64,000 bases of DNA from Alphaproteobacteria bacterium (GCA_031549385.1 JAVBPW010000005.1:74428-138427), one strand, 5' to 3'. Positions 21,090 to 31,651 are shown, numbered from the stretch's first letter. Made by a program: numbers and translations. Notes: generated from the letters alone by a model not told the origin.

Positions 21090-23741
21090 TTATTTCTTGT
21101 TTCTTATTACAGCTTGAGCTGCGGCTAGCCTCGCAACTGGAACTCTGTATGGTGAACATGATACAAAATCCATTCCACATTTATGGAAGAAATTTATTGA
21201 TTCTGGATCACCACCGTGTTCTCCACATACTCCAATATGAATATTGTGACCTTTAGTTTGACGGCCTAATTTAACGCCTGTTTCAACTAATTTTCCTACA
21301 CCTTGTTCATCAATAGATGCAAATGGGTCTGCTACATAAATGCCTTTTGTACGGTATTCGTCCAAAATAGTGCCTGTATCGTCACGGCTCATTCCTAATG
21401 TTGTTTGTGTTAAGTCGTTTGTTCCAAAGCCAAAAAAATCTGCACTTTGTGCTATTTCATCTGCTAATAATGCTGCACGTGGAAGTTCAATCATGCTTCC
21501 TACTTTATATTCGATTTTCATGCCTTTTTCTTCGAATATCTTTTGTGCTGTTGTATCGATTACTTCTTTACATAGGTCTAATTCTTTTTTTGAACCTACT
21601 AATGGAACTTCGATTTCTGGAAGAACTTTTTTGCCTTCATTTGTTACTTCAATTGCAGCTTCAAGAATAGCACGTGTTTGCATTGCACATATTTCTGGAT
21701 ATGTAATTGCTAGACGGCAACCACGATGTCCTAACATTGGGTTTGATTCATGGAGAGCGTCTGAACGTTCTTTAACTTTTTCATAAGTTGTGCCTATGTA
21801 TTTTGCTAATTCCCTCATTTCTGCTTCTGTATGAGGTAAAAATTCATGTAATGGTGGGTCAAGTAAACGTACTGTTACTGGAAGTCCATCCATGATAGAA
21901 AACAAATCTTTGAAGTCTTGTTTTTGATATGGTAATAATTTTGCTAATGCGATTTGTCTGCCTTCTAAATTATCAGCCAAAATCATTTCACGCATATCTG
22001 AAATACGAGATGGATCAAAGAACATGTGTTCTGTACGAGCTAAACCAATACCTTGTGCTCCAAATTCTCTTGCTTGTTGAGCATCTTTTGGAGTTTCTGC
22101 GTTTGTTCTGATTTCAAGAGTTTTAACTTCATCTACCCATGACATTAATTTTCCAAAATCTCCTGTCATTTCTACTGATACTGTTGGAATTTGTCCTTGT
22201 ATGATTTGACCTTTTGCACCATCAAGAGAGAGCCAATCACCTTCTTTGATTGTTGAACCTGTTACAGTTGAAAATATCTTTTTTTCATTATCGATTTTAA
22301 TATCTGAAGAACCTGATACGCATGGAAGTCCCATACCACGAGCAACTACGGCTGCATGTGATGTCATTCCACCACGTGCTGTTACTATACCTTGTGCAGC
22401 ATGCATTCCACCGATATCTTCTGGAGATGTTTCAATACGAACTAAGATAACTTTTTCACCTTTTGCTGCCCAAGATTCTGCGTCTTCTGCTGAGAATACT
22501 GCACGGCCTACGGCTGCGCCTGGAGATGCTGGAAGACCTGATGCAATTACTTTCTTTTCTGCTTTTGGGTCTAACATTGGGTGTAATAATTGGTCAAGTT
22601 GGTCTGCACCCACTTTCATGATTGCTTCTTCTTTATTTAATAAACCTTCTTCAACCATTTCTACTGCTATACGAACTGCAGCTGCTGCTGTTCTTTTTCC
22701 ATTACGTGTTTGTAACATCCAAAGTTTTTTATGTTCGATTGTGAATTCCATATCCTGCATGTCTTTGTAATGATTTTCTAATTTCTCACGAACGTCTACT
22801 AATTCTTTGTAAACTTCTGGCATTGCTTCTTCTAATGATAATCTGCCTGAACAATCTTTTGCCATAGGTTGTGGAGTTCTGATACCTGCTACTACGTCTT
22901 CACCTTGTGCGTTAATCAAATATTCACCATAGAATTTGTTTTCACCTGTTGCTGGGTCTCTTGAAAAACATACTCCAGTTGCACAATCTTGCCCAGCGTT
23001 TCCAAATACCATAGCTTGTACGTTTACAGCTGTACCCCAATCACCTGGAATGTTGTTCAATTTTCTGTAAGTAATAGCTTTTTTTACCATCCATGAATTA
23101 AATACAGCGCCAATTCCTAACATTAATTGTTCCCATGGATCTTGTGGAAATTCTTTGCCTATTTGTTTGCCTATTTCTTTATATTGAGATACAAGAGATT
23201 TTAAATCTTCCGCAGTTAATTCTGTGTCTTGTTTGTAACCTTTTTCTTCTTTCATCTTTTCAAGAGCGTGTTCGAAAAGATTGATGTCTGCTTCAAGTAC
23301 TACGTCTGAGAACATCATGATAAAACGACGGTAAGAATCATAGGCAAATCTTTCATCATTTGATGATTGTGCTAATGCTTTTACTGTTTCATCATTTAAG
23401 CCTAAATTAAGAACTGTATTCATCATTCCTGGCATTGATACTCTTGCACCTGAACGAACTGAAAATAGTAGGGGATTGTTCATATCGCCAAACTTTCTGC
23501 CCATAATGCTTTCTACATAAGCTACACCTGCTTTTACTTGATCTGTCAAATCGCTTGGGTATTGTTTGTTATTTGCATAATAATGTACGCAAACTTCTGT
23601 TGTTACTGTGAATCCAGGAGGTACTGGAAGACCTACTTTATTCATTTCTGCTAGGTTGGCACCTTTACCACCTAGGAGGTTTTTCATAGAAGCGTCGCCT
23701 TCGGCTGCTCCATTACCAAATGTATAAACCCATTTACTCAT
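21090..23741 (-). CDS. ppdK: Pyruvate, phosphate dikinase
   Basis: LLGGKGANLAEM, SVRSGA, GGMTSHAAVVARG, GTNDLTQ, GVCGEHGG; start MSKWVY after GGGAG. Confidence 0.98.
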   Translation of the reverse strand: MSKWVYTFGNGAAEGDASMKNLLGGKGANLAEMNKVGLPVPPGFTVTTEVCVHYYANNKQYPSDLTDQVKAGVAYVESIMGRKFGDMNNPLLFSVRSGARVSMPGMMNTVLNLGLNDETVKALAQSSNDERFAYDSYRRFIMMFSDVVLEADINLFEHALEKMKEEKGYKQDTELTAEDLKSLVSQYKEIGKQIGKEFPQDPWEQLMLGIGAVFNSWMVKKAITYRKLNNIPGDWGTAVNVQAMVFGNAGQDCATGVCFSRDPATGENKFYGEYLINAQGEDVVAGIRTPQPMAKDCSGRLSLEEAMPEVYKELVDVREKLENHYKDMQDMEFTIEHKKLWMLQTRNGKRTAAAAVRIAVEMVEEGLLNKEEAIMKVGADQLDQLLHPMLDPKAEKKVIASGLPASPGAAVGRAVFSAEDAESWAAKGEKVILVRIETSPEDIGGMHAAQGIVTARGGMTSHAAVVARGMGLPCVSGSSDIKIDNEKKIFSTVTGSTIKEGDWLSLDGAKGQIIQGQIPTVSVEMTGDFGKLMSWVDEVKTLEIRTNAETPKDAQQAREFGAQGIGLARTEHMFFDPSRISDMREMILADNLEGRQIALAKLLPYQKQDFKDLFSIMDGLPVTVRLLDPPLHEFLPHTEAEMRELAKYIGTTYEKVKERSDALHESNPMLGHRGCRLAITYPEICAMQTRAILEAAIEVTNEGKKVLPEIEVPLVGSKKELDLCKEVIDTTAQKIFEEKGMKIEYKVGSMIELPRAALLADEIAQSADFFGFGTNDLTQTTLGMSRDDTGTILDEYRTKGIYVADPFASIDEQGVGKLVETGVKLGRQTKGHNIHIGVCGEHGGDPESINFFHKCGMDFVSCSPYRVPVARLAAAQAVIRNKK

Positions 23742-23821
23742 TTTAATTTCACTCCCTTTTAAGTTAAAAACAGCAATTACTTTAAAGGAATTGAGAAGGG
23801 ATTTCAAGGGGAAATTAGCTT

Positions 23822-24706
23822 TTATTTAATAATTTTAACTTCTTTTAAAGTGTAATGGAATTCTTCCACGTGTCTTTGAATATCGTTTAAATCTTTATAA
23901 TTGCAATATCCTCCAGTTATTAAAACTCTTAAATCCTTATAAAGATTTATAGTGTTTTTTGCAAAATCAACATATTTAATAAGTTCATTCATAAGGTTTG
24001 TAAAATAAAAATATGGATTTGATTCTTGTTCGCTTGTTTCTGTAATATATTCGTCGTAATCACCATAATCACTAAAACCCTGCTCATGTGTCACAACAAC
24101 TTCTGGTTTATCAACTACTACATTTAATCCATATAATCCAGTTCTCAATAAACTATAATGTATTTCATCTATAATATGATTGCTAGAAAATCCATAGGAT
24201 TGTTTTAATTTAGATATAATATCTTCCCATTTTTGCTTTTCTAATTTATACTGTTTAAGATCATTTTCATGTTTTTGTAAATCTTCCTTATTATATTGAT
24301 AATTATATTCATACTTTTTTGGTTCTTTTGGAGCTGGATTTCTATCTTCCCATATATCCAATGCAATGACTTTTATCTCTTCATCCGATAAAGAATCTAA
24401 TACATTCGCAAATCGTAAAAAATTCGGTGCTGATAGTTGTTTATTATTACCCAATCCTTGAACTAATCGACAAATAAGACGAAAATTATTTTTTGCTGTC
24501 CCTTCAGAGATAGCTCGCCAAAGTCTGTGTGCAATTCCTATGGTGTCGTCTGTATTTATATTATCAAAAATACCATCTCTAACTTCCATCAAGTAAATTG
24601 ATTGTGCTTCTTTTATCCTTTTTTCACGCCAAGTAGATATAAGAACGTCAGCAGTTCCACCATACGGGACAATAGAAGTTATTAAATCAATAGCATTTAT
24701 ACACAT
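23822..24706 (-). CDS. Hypothetical protein, possibly Abi-alpha/DUF4393-like
   Basis: IVPYGG N-terminus and FANVLDSLSDEEIKVI helix pattern; adjacent to the island end. Confidence 0.45.
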   Translation of the reverse strand: MCINAIDLITSIVPYGGTADVLISTWREKRIKEAQSIYLMEVRDGIFDNINTDDTIGIAHRLWRAISEGTAKNNFRLICRLVQGLGNNKQLSAPNFLRFANVLDSLSDEEIKVIALDIWEDRNPAPKEPKKYEYNYQYNKEDLQKHENDLKQYKLEKQKWEDIISKLKQSYGFSSNHIIDEIHYSLLRTGLYGLNVVVDKPEVVVTHEQGFSDYGDYDEYITETSEQESNPYFYFTNLMNELIKYVDFAKNTINLYKDLRVLITGGYCNYKDLNDIQRHVEEFHYTLKEVKIIK

Positions 24707-24831
24707 TTTTTATTTCTATGTTTTTTATTTTATTATAAAGTGTAAATAATTATTTTTCAATCTTTATCCAAAATTTTCTCAAAAAGAGTCCGAAGAGAAC
24801 TCTATATAATTTATGAATTTAAAATTCAGAT

Positions 24832-24858
24832 AAAAAATCGTCCTTAAGGACGTTTTTT
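24832..24858. terminator. Terminator following the tRNA 3' fragment
   Basis: A6-T-CGTCCTTAAGGACG-T6 palindrome. Confidence 0.7.
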
Positions 24859-24859
24859 A

Positions 24860-24877
24860 TGGTGCCGGCACACGGAC
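24860..24877 (-). repeat. 18-bp copy of the tRNA-Thr 3' end
   Basis: TGGTGCCGGCACACGGAC, identical to 25021-25038 and 38310-38327. Confidence 0.9.
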
Positions 24878-25020
24878 GTCCTCGGTTTTTAAGAACCTGC
24901 GGGCTCCTCATACGAATTGAAAATTCTACTCGTCGGGCAAACCTGCCTAATAAGTACTTCGGGGTGAAAATTCATGTTTGATGAAACAATAAAAAAAGCA
25001 AAATAAAGTTGCTTTTATTA

Positions 25021-25066
25021 TGGTGCCGGCACACGGACTCGAACCGCGGACCTGATGATTACAAAT
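25021..25066 (-). repeat. att site: 46-bp duplicate of the tRNA-Thr 3' half
   Basis: Exact match to 38310-38355; identity ends at the anticodon loop. Confidence 0.95.
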
Positions 25067-25170
25067 GGCGACCCCGCCATAATCCATAAAAACTCACAAC
25101 AAATAATAATAGCAAAAACAAATATTTACAATATTAGTGTTTTTATATGGTTTTGGGAATTGTTATGTTT

Positions 25171-25202
25171 TTTGCCCCAAACTGTCCCAAATTTGCCCCA
25201 AA
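25171..25202 (+). repeat. Putative integrase arm-binding repeats (left)
   Basis: TTTGCCCCAA-ACTGTCCCAA-ATTTGCCCCAAA; 25181-25202 is identical to 38220-38241. Confidence 0.7.
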
Positions 25203-25204
25203 AT

Positions 25205-25720
25205 TTATGATATACCCAACTGTTGAATAACTGGTTTGTAGTAATTTTGTTTCTCAGTTTCAAAAATATCACACACTATATTAGTCTTTTGTTTCCTTTG
25301 GGCTTCTAACTTCAAATTTCTAATTTTTTCTAAATCTTCATATAAAGAATTATATTTACCCGTAGGCAATTGCGCAATTGCTTTAAATTTATCTTTTGAG
25401 TGGTAAGTAATAACATCATTTATATTCAAAAAATCAGGTTTTGAAATATCTATGTAAGATGTTTTAGTTAAATATTTTTTAGTATCTATATTATTTTCCC
25501 ATTCATGATTTTCTACAACTATTGAAGATAGTTTTATAACACTATTGGTTTTTGTCAGCACAAAAAATATCAATACTTCATCCAATAAGATATGTTTGGA
25601 AAAAAATAATTTATATTTATCTTTTTCTTTTTTTGTATACATATCAACCGAAGACAGGTGAAAATACACTGTATTAATTTTAATAAAATATTGAAGAAAT
25701 AAATCTGGCGTAAACATCAA
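25205..25720 (-). CDS. Putative toxin partner of the Panacea antitoxin
   Basis: Overlaps the stop of the upstream Panacea-like gene; no firm family assignment. Confidence 0.55.
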   Translation of the reverse strand: MMFTPDLFLQYFIKINTVYFHLSSVDMYTKKEKDKYKLFFSKHILLDEVLIFFVLTKTNSVIKLSSIVVENHEWENNIDTKKYLTKTSYIDISKPDFLNINDVITYHSKDKFKAIAQLPTGKYNSLYEDLEKIRNLKLEAQRKQKTNIVCDIFETEKQNYYKPVIQQLGIS

Positions 25721-26184
25721 ACTAATGACAAATCCAATTTAACACCTATATTCTCAGTTCCACCTAATGTCGCATTTAAAGCTCTCATAGGTGCTGTTGT
25801 ATAAGTCAATTCAGTTAAATTTTTTGGACCATAGCCATGTAAACTATCCAGAACTTCTTTAACTATTTCAGATTCTTCTTTTGAAAAAACAGTAGAATCA
25901 TCTAACGCATCATTCAAAGCGTATAAAACAATCTCATCACCTCTTGGGCCAAATTCTGTATATGTTGAGATATTACCATTTTTCTGCATTTCTTTCAAAT
26001 CAATATAAACTCTTTCATCAAAAGGACCATAGTTATATCTTATATATTCAAAATTAGAAATTTTATTTTTTAATCTCCTTGTAGCAACTAAATCTATCAT
26101 ATAACAAAGCTTTATTATACTTGTTATTGTTTTATCTCCATCTTTTAATATAGCAGAAATAAGACATTCATGTTTTTTGCACAT
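25717..26184 (-). CDS. Panacea (SocA/DUF4065) antitoxin
   Basis: IIKLCYMID...YNYGPF...LTELTY pattern. Confidence 0.8.
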   Translation of the reverse strand: MCKKHECLISAILKDGDKTITSIIKLCYMIDLVATRRLKNKISNFEYIRYNYGPFDERVYIDLKEMQKNGNISTYTEFGPRGDEIVLYALNDALDDSTVFSKEESEIVKEVLDSLHGYGPKNLTELTYTTAPMRALNATLGGTENIGVKLDLSLV

Positions 26185-26397
26185 AACTTTCTCCTTGATG
26201 CTGATTATATCATATTTTCACTCTCATGTAAATAGATTCAACCGACAATTGTATTTTTAATGATAATATTTAACTTTGCAATAGGAAATTATTGCAATAA
26301 AAAAAGGTTACAGAAATCCCCATAACCAAAAAACATTATACTATAAAAATTATAAAAAGTCAAGTAAATAATTGTCTTTGACATACTTTTGCATATT

Positions 26398-26874
26398 TTA
26401 TTTTGTACTTATATAAACATCTCTAATAAAAGGTAATCTTGTTGAATATCTCTTTATACAATAGAAAGTTAAATACACAGATTTTTTTGATTTTAATAAA
26501 AATAGGATTTTGTTCATAAGAATATTAGGTAATGTTATAAATCCATCTATATTATGCTTTTGGCCATAAAAACCACCTAGGACATAGTCATTTCTTTTAT
26601 CTCTTTCCTTTTCATATTCTTCAAAACTTATAAATCTTCCCTTATCATCATCAAAATATGTGTGTTTATCTCTATCAGACATAAATTCAGCTCTTATATA
26701 GATTTTGAATATATCTCCTATTGAAAAGCTTTTTGTTTTAAAATCATTCTCTATAAGTTCGGCCTTTAATTCAATTCTTTCAGATATACAATCAACCCCT
26801 TCTTTCTCATACTTATTATAATCTATAGTATAATCAAAATTCCTCACAAGAAAAGTTAATTCGAAATTATTCAT
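26398..26874 (-). CDS. Hypothetical protein, paralog of 31775-32185
   Basis: Starts 3 bp after the res stop; LGGF and PFIRDVY motifs shared with the paralog. Confidence 0.7.
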   Translation of the reverse strand: MNNFELTFLVRNFDYTIDYNKYEKEGVDCISERIELKAELIENDFKTKSFSIGDIFKIYIRAEFMSDRDKHTYFDDDKGRFISFEEYEKERDKRNDYVLGGFYGQKHNIDGFITLPNILMNKILFLLKSKKSVYLTFYCIKRYSTRLPFIRDVYISTK

Positions 26875-26877
26875 CGT

Positions 26878-29640
26878 CTACTGAAAGCACTCTTTAAAAT
26901 CTTTTTCAAATCTATTTTCTTCTTTAGAATTATAGAAAGGTATTCCTATTATTTCATATAACTGCTCTCCAAATTCAAAAGTAATAGGCTTATTTTCAAC
27001 AAACCTCTCTTTTATTGACTTAAGCATATTATTCTTCCAATCATCTTTTAATTCAATATGAGCACCTTTAGGTTCTATCAAAACTTGATATTTTACAGTC
27101 TTTTTATTCTTATCTCTCAAGAATAATAAGAAGTCAGGACAAAATCCTTCACCATCGTCAAAATTATAGATTTTATAAACTTCTTCGTTTCTAACTAAAT
27201 AAATATCTGAATAACCTTTTTCTTTAAGATAACTATAAATTTTATGATCAAAAAATTTAACAAAGGCTATTTCTTCACTAGTTCCATGTAAAGAATTATA
27301 AGGGAACCATTCTTTACCTTCTACTAAGTCTTTATTATCCTTTATTCTATTATCGTCTTTTTTGATTTTTAAGGTTTTATTCGTAAATAAACCTTTTAAA
27401 AGCTCTTTTTCTTTGAAATATTCTGTCCCTTGATATAATGTAGTATATCTATCAAGTTTCTTTTCTATATCATTTAAAAGGTACCTTAAAGCTCTAAAAA
27501 TTTCAGTTTGTATGTTTTTAAATACCTTTACGCTATCAACTTCATTTTCAATAAAAAAGTCTTCACCATTTCTAATAGATTTATCATAAGCTTTAACAGC
27601 TAACAAATCAGAATTATCTCCAAAAAAACTAATATCTAAAGTATCAAGATAGTTTTTCACAAATTCCTTTGTTGATTTAATCCTAGGAAATTTTTGTTTT
27701 AAGTTATGAAAATCGTAGAAATTATTATAAAGCATAGCATTTAGCTTCAAATTCATAGACAGGTCGCTTAATTTTATATCAATAAGGCTAGTTGATAATG
27801 CTTCTCTATCAATTTCTCTTTTATCTAGCATAACTTCATCAAAAATAACACCTGAAGGTATTTTATATTCAAAATTTCTTTTATTTTCACCATAAGGCAA
27901 TCTATCCCAAAGATTAAATCGATCATATCTCTTTTTGATCTTTTTGTTTGATAGAACAATTTCTTTTCTCCAAAAATCTGTAACTGCTATCTGAGTTTTA
28001 ATTGAAATTTCTTTTTCTTCATAATCATTAGGAGAATCTTCCCAGCCTTGATTTATAAGTTCTTCATGCAAACTAGCAATAAATGAAGAATTATAAACAG
28101 AATGATAATAAAGTTCTTCAAGTATCCTTAATTCATCAGTATCTTTAGGCTTATCAAATTTTCTTCTATATTTATCTAAATTAGAATAAACAACTTCTTC
28201 ATCATTATCATCTTTAACTACAAAAGGACAATATCGTGCTCCACGACCAATAAGCTGAGCTTCCGATACAGTTTGTTTCTTAGTAACATCTTTTGTCTTA
28301 GTTAAATGAATTTCTTCGTCGTAAAGCCTTACAATATCAAAAAGATTAAGAACATCCCAACCTTCATTAAGCTTATTAACAGCAAAAATAACTCTTATCT
28401 GATTATTATCATCTTCAAGAGAATTAAGTAATTCTTCTTGATTTCTAACTTCTTCAAGTTCCTTTTGAGATTCAGATTCATTAACATTTAATTGTTTAGT
28501 TCTTCCAAAGTTCCATTTAAGAATGTCTATTAAATATCTATAATTATCTTTTTTTTCTTTAAAATAATTAAAAGCATCTTTTAATCTTACACTATCGGAT
28601 TTCAATACTTCTCTTTCAATTTCTTTAATATCATCAGCAGACAAATTATAAAGGAGTTCATTAAACATATCCTGATTTGCAAAACTTTCCTTAATAGACC
28701 TGTTAGACTTAAATAATATAACAGGTTTTATATCTAATTGATTTCTCATAGCAATTTCTTGTTTATATTGGTTAAAAACAATAGCCTGAATTATAAGATT
28801 TTTCTTTTCCACATCTGATTGTAAAACTAATATTTCTTTTGAAAATCCATCATTTCTAAATTCTTTAATATCATATTTGTAAATAACTTTGTCTTTATAT
28901 TTTTTATAAATTGCAGCATTATCAAATTCAAAAGTAGCAGATAATTCAAAGAACATATTTTCACTATTTGCTTTTAAAATATCATTGATAGTATTTTCCC
29001 AATTTTTAGTATTCCATAAGTCTTGTTCTGATTTTTGTTTAGTATTTACATTAAAATGATGAGCTTCATCTCCTATAATAACCGTTTTATAATTTTTAAA
29101 ATCTTCAAAAGTTATTTGATTTTCACCTACATTCTGCATTTTTGAATGGAGGCCATTGATAGTAGTAAAGCAAATATTTATATCTTCTTCTGAAGATTTT
29201 TCAAAATTTTCTACTTCTTTTACATATACTTTTTTATTATTTATTACTATATCTGTATTAAAAAGATATTTCCTTGAAGACTTATCTAAAAAATTATCTC
29301 TTGTTTTTTCAATAATTTGACGGGCTGTAGAAAAGAATAAGAAATTTCTAAATCCTCTTTCATACATATAAAGTATAATTCCAGCCATTATCAGAGTCTT
29401 ACCAGAACCAGTCGCCATATTAAAAGCCAAATGATTGCTCTTTTCAGGAAACAAAAGACCATCCTCATCTTTTTCCATATAATAAACAAGTCTTTTTAAT
29501 GCTTCATTTTGATAAGCTCTTATTTCAAAATCTTGTTTTAAATTCTTTTTAACAGATAGGGGCAATTCAACCTTAGAAACAATATGTTCCCTTTCCTTGA
29601 AGGCATTATCTATTTTAAAAATAAGTTCTTGTTTAGCCAT
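26878..29640 (-). CDS. res: Type III restriction endonuclease Res subunit
   Basis: MATGSGKT, DEAHH, SAT, LNEGWDVLN, QLIGRGAR; C-terminal PDF...EPKG nuclease motif. Confidence 0.92.
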   Translation of the reverse strand: MAKQELIFKIDNAFKEREHIVSKVELPLSVKKNLKQDFEIRAYQNEALKRLVYYMEKDEDGLLFPEKSNHLAFNMATGSGKTLIMAGIILYMYERGFRNFLFFSTARQIIEKTRDNFLDKSSRKYLFNTDIVINNKKVYVKEVENFEKSSEEDINICFTTINGLHSKMQNVGENQITFEDFKNYKTVIIGDEAHHFNVNTKQKSEQDLWNTKNWENTINDILKANSENMFFELSATFEFDNAAIYKKYKDKVIYKYDIKEFRNDGFSKEILVLQSDVEKKNLIIQAIVFNQYKQEIAMRNQLDIKPVILFKSNRSIKESFANQDMFNELLYNLSADDIKEIEREVLKSDSVRLKDAFNYFKEKKDNYRYLIDILKWNFGRTKQLNVNESESQKELEEVRNQEELLNSLEDDNNQIRVIFAVNKLNEGWDVLNLFDIVRLYDEEIHLTKTKDVTKKQTVSEAQLIGRGARYCPFVVKDDNDEEVVYSNLDKYRRKFDKPKDTDELRILEELYYHSVYNSSFIASLHEELINQGWEDSPNDYEEKEISIKTQIAVTDFWRKEIVLSNKKIKKRYDRFNLWDRLPYGENKRNFEYKIPSGVIFDEVMLDKREIDREALSTSLIDIKLSDLSMNLKLNAMLYNNFYDFHNLKQKFPRIKSTKEFVKNYLDTLDISFFGDNSDLLAVKAYDKSIRNGEDFFIENEVDSVKVFKNIQTEIFRALRYLLNDIEKKLDRYTTLYQGTEYFKEKELLKGLFTNKTLKIKKDDNRIKDNKDLVEGKEWFPYNSLHGTSEEIAFVKFFDHKIYSYLKEKGYSDIYLVRNEEVYKIYNFDDGEGFCPDFLLFLRDKNKKTVKYQVLIEPKGAHIELKDDWKNNMLKSIKERFVENKPITFEFGEQLYEIIGIPFYNSKEENRFEKDFKECFQ

Positions 29641-31493
29641 TATTTAATCCCATAAAAATCTTTATTTAACTTTATATCTTTATCAGACAATTCAAATTCC
29701 TTATCTTCAAGTTGAGATATAACTTGATAAAGCATATTCATATTTAAATATCTTAAAAGTAAATCTTGCAAATCTTCAAAAGGAAGATTTTTCAAATCTC
29801 CTTTATTTCTTTCAGTTTCAACTATGTTTACATCATAATTTAAGAAAGCATTATTTTTCATATCTTCATAAATTTTTAATAAATCTTCCTTACTTTTACA
29901 TTCCTGCAACATATCAATGTAAAGCTGATTAATTTTATTCATTTCCATATAAACAAAATCTCCACCACTTTGCCAATTAACAGATTTAGAAATTCCACCT
30001 TGCTCACCATCAAGAACCTTTTCTAATCGTTTTTTAGTAACAGTTTCAATATAATCCATTTGCTCCACACCAATCCATTGTCTTTTCATTTTATGGGCTA
30101 CCGATAACGTTGTTCCAGAACCAACATGAAAATCTAAAACTATATCATTATCATTAGTAGACATTTGAATTATATTTTGAAGTAATTTTTCAGGTTTAGG
30201 AAAAGAAAATACTCTTTCTCCAAATAAACCTTGTATATCTCTAGCTCCTATCTGATTACTTCCATATTCAAGTCCCCATAGATCTGAAGGTATTTGCCCA
30301 TCATTTAATTTTTCATCTAAATAAATTTTCCCATAAGGCTGTCCATTTTCTCCTCCAGCCCAATATAATTTACCATTCTTTCTTAATTCACTAAAATCTT
30401 CTTCTTTTACCATCCAAGGACCAGACAATAAACCTCCTCCTGGAGTTGAAATTTTATAAGAGTATCTACCTTTGACTTTATCTAATAAAATATTTCTTCT
30501 AAAAAAACCTTTCTCATCAGAATAACGATATTCATTTTTTGCCTTATCTGATAAAGGTAATTTTGAAAAATTATAACTTTTTTCATTTTTTGCAAAGATT
30601 GTAATATATTCCTTTACTCGTGCTATTTTTCCAATATTAGATTGGTTGTCTGTTCTTCTCCAAACAATATTTATTATGAAGTTTTCCCTTCCAAAAATCT
30701 CATCCATTAAAATTTTTAAATAAGCCTGCTCATTATCATCACATTGAACAAAAATAGTACCATCATCCCTTAATAATTCTTTTGCTACTTCCAATCTATT
30801 TTTCATAAACGTAAGCCACGTAGAATGATTAAAATTATCATTATATTTAAAACCATCATTTCCTGTATTGTATGGAGGATCTATATAAATAAGCTTTACC
30901 TTTCCTCTAAACTCTTTTTTCAAAGAATGTAAGGCTAGAAGATTATTTCCCTTAATTAACAAATTATCAGTTATAGTTCCTTCAGAGTTTCGATTAAAGC
31001 TTTTTAATTCCTCTTCTTTTCCTTCTCCAAAAATTCTTTTGAAATTAGTAAAGACCTTAGCTTCTTCTAATTTTGTAATTTCATCTCTAGCAAGAGTTAT
31101 ATTAAAGAAAATTTCCTTTTTTTTGTTTTCTTCATTACTTTGACCACCTTCCAGTATACAATCCTTATAAGGCCAAACTAAAACAACCTCTTTATCAAGA
31201 CATTCTTTAATATTAAAGCCTATTTTATTTTTGAATTTAGTATATGAGTTATCCAAAAAGTTTTTATCTTTCAAGTAATCCATAAAGAAGTCTTGTTTGA
31301 AAATTTTTACATTATCTGCTAAATCAACAAAAAATTCTTTATTAAATTCTTTATCCTTTAAAAGTCCATTTATTAAATCTTTATCATAAGAATAGGCATC
31401 TTTAATAACCCTATCCTTTAACAGCTTCCCTTCAGTAGATTTATATTTTTCAAAAGACATTAAAAAGTTAACTAACTTTTCATTAAAACTCAT
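29640..31493 (-). CDS. mod: Type III R-M N6-adenine methyltransferase Mod subunit
   Basis: IYIDPPYNTG, PKPEKLL, DFHVGSGTT; TAATG coupling to res; start MSFNEK after AGGAAGG. Confidence 0.92.
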   Translation of the reverse strand: MSFNEKLVNFLMSFEKYKSTEGKLLKDRVIKDAYSYDKDLINGLLKDKEFNKEFFVDLADNVKIFKQDFFMDYLKDKNFLDNSYTKFKNKIGFNIKECLDKEVVLVWPYKDCILEGGQSNEENKKKEIFFNITLARDEITKLEEAKVFTNFKRIFGEGKEEELKSFNRNSEGTITDNLLIKGNNLLALHSLKKEFRGKVKLIYIDPPYNTGNDGFKYNDNFNHSTWLTFMKNRLEVAKELLRDDGTIFVQCDDNEQAYLKILMDEIFGRENFIINIVWRRTDNQSNIGKIARVKEYITIFAKNEKSYNFSKLPLSDKAKNEYRYSDEKGFFRRNILLDKVKGRYSYKISTPGGGLLSGPWMVKEEDFSELRKNGKLYWAGGENGQPYGKIYLDEKLNDGQIPSDLWGLEYGSNQIGARDIQGLFGERVFSFPKPEKLLQNIIQMSTNDNDIVLDFHVGSGTTLSVAHKMKRQWIGVEQMDYIETVTKKRLEKVLDGEQGGISKSVNWQSGGDFVYMEMNKINQLYIDMLQECKSKEDLLKIYEDMKNNAFLNYDVNIVETERNKGDLKNLPFEDLQDLLLRYLNMNMLYQVISQLEDKEFELSDKDIKLNKDFYGIK

Positions 31494-31542
31494 AGTATTC
31501 CTTCCTTTTCTAAAATTAAAAATGTCGCTATTTTTAAGTAGC

Positions 31543-31616
31543 GACTGGAAGTTGATAACTACATTAGGGTAGCCCATCATATTTGCATAGATGCTTATTT
31601 TGACAGCCTTCCAGTC
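31543..31616 (-). ncRNA. C4/CI-like antisense RNA
   Basis: 9-bp closing stem GACUGGAAG/CUUCCAGUC; GCAA-tetraloop hairpin; GCUAC-CCUAAU-GUAGU hairpin; UAUCAA bulge. Confidence 0.6.
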
Positions 31617-31651
31617 ATAATAGACCAGAGGCATACAAATTTCGTTTTGTA

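Noticed and set aside
24936-24943. GGCAAACC suggesting a c-di-GMP-I riboswitch
   Set aside because: The following GNRA stem and second hairpin are absent, and there is no downstream plus-strand gene.
29640-31493. Phase-variable mod (phasevarion)
   Set aside because: No simple-sequence repeat tract beyond ordinary short A/T runs; the frame is intact.
31494-31634. 47-codon N-terminal extension of Mod in the ORF track
   Set aside because: It has no SD and runs through the structured RNA; a good SD precedes ATG 31493.
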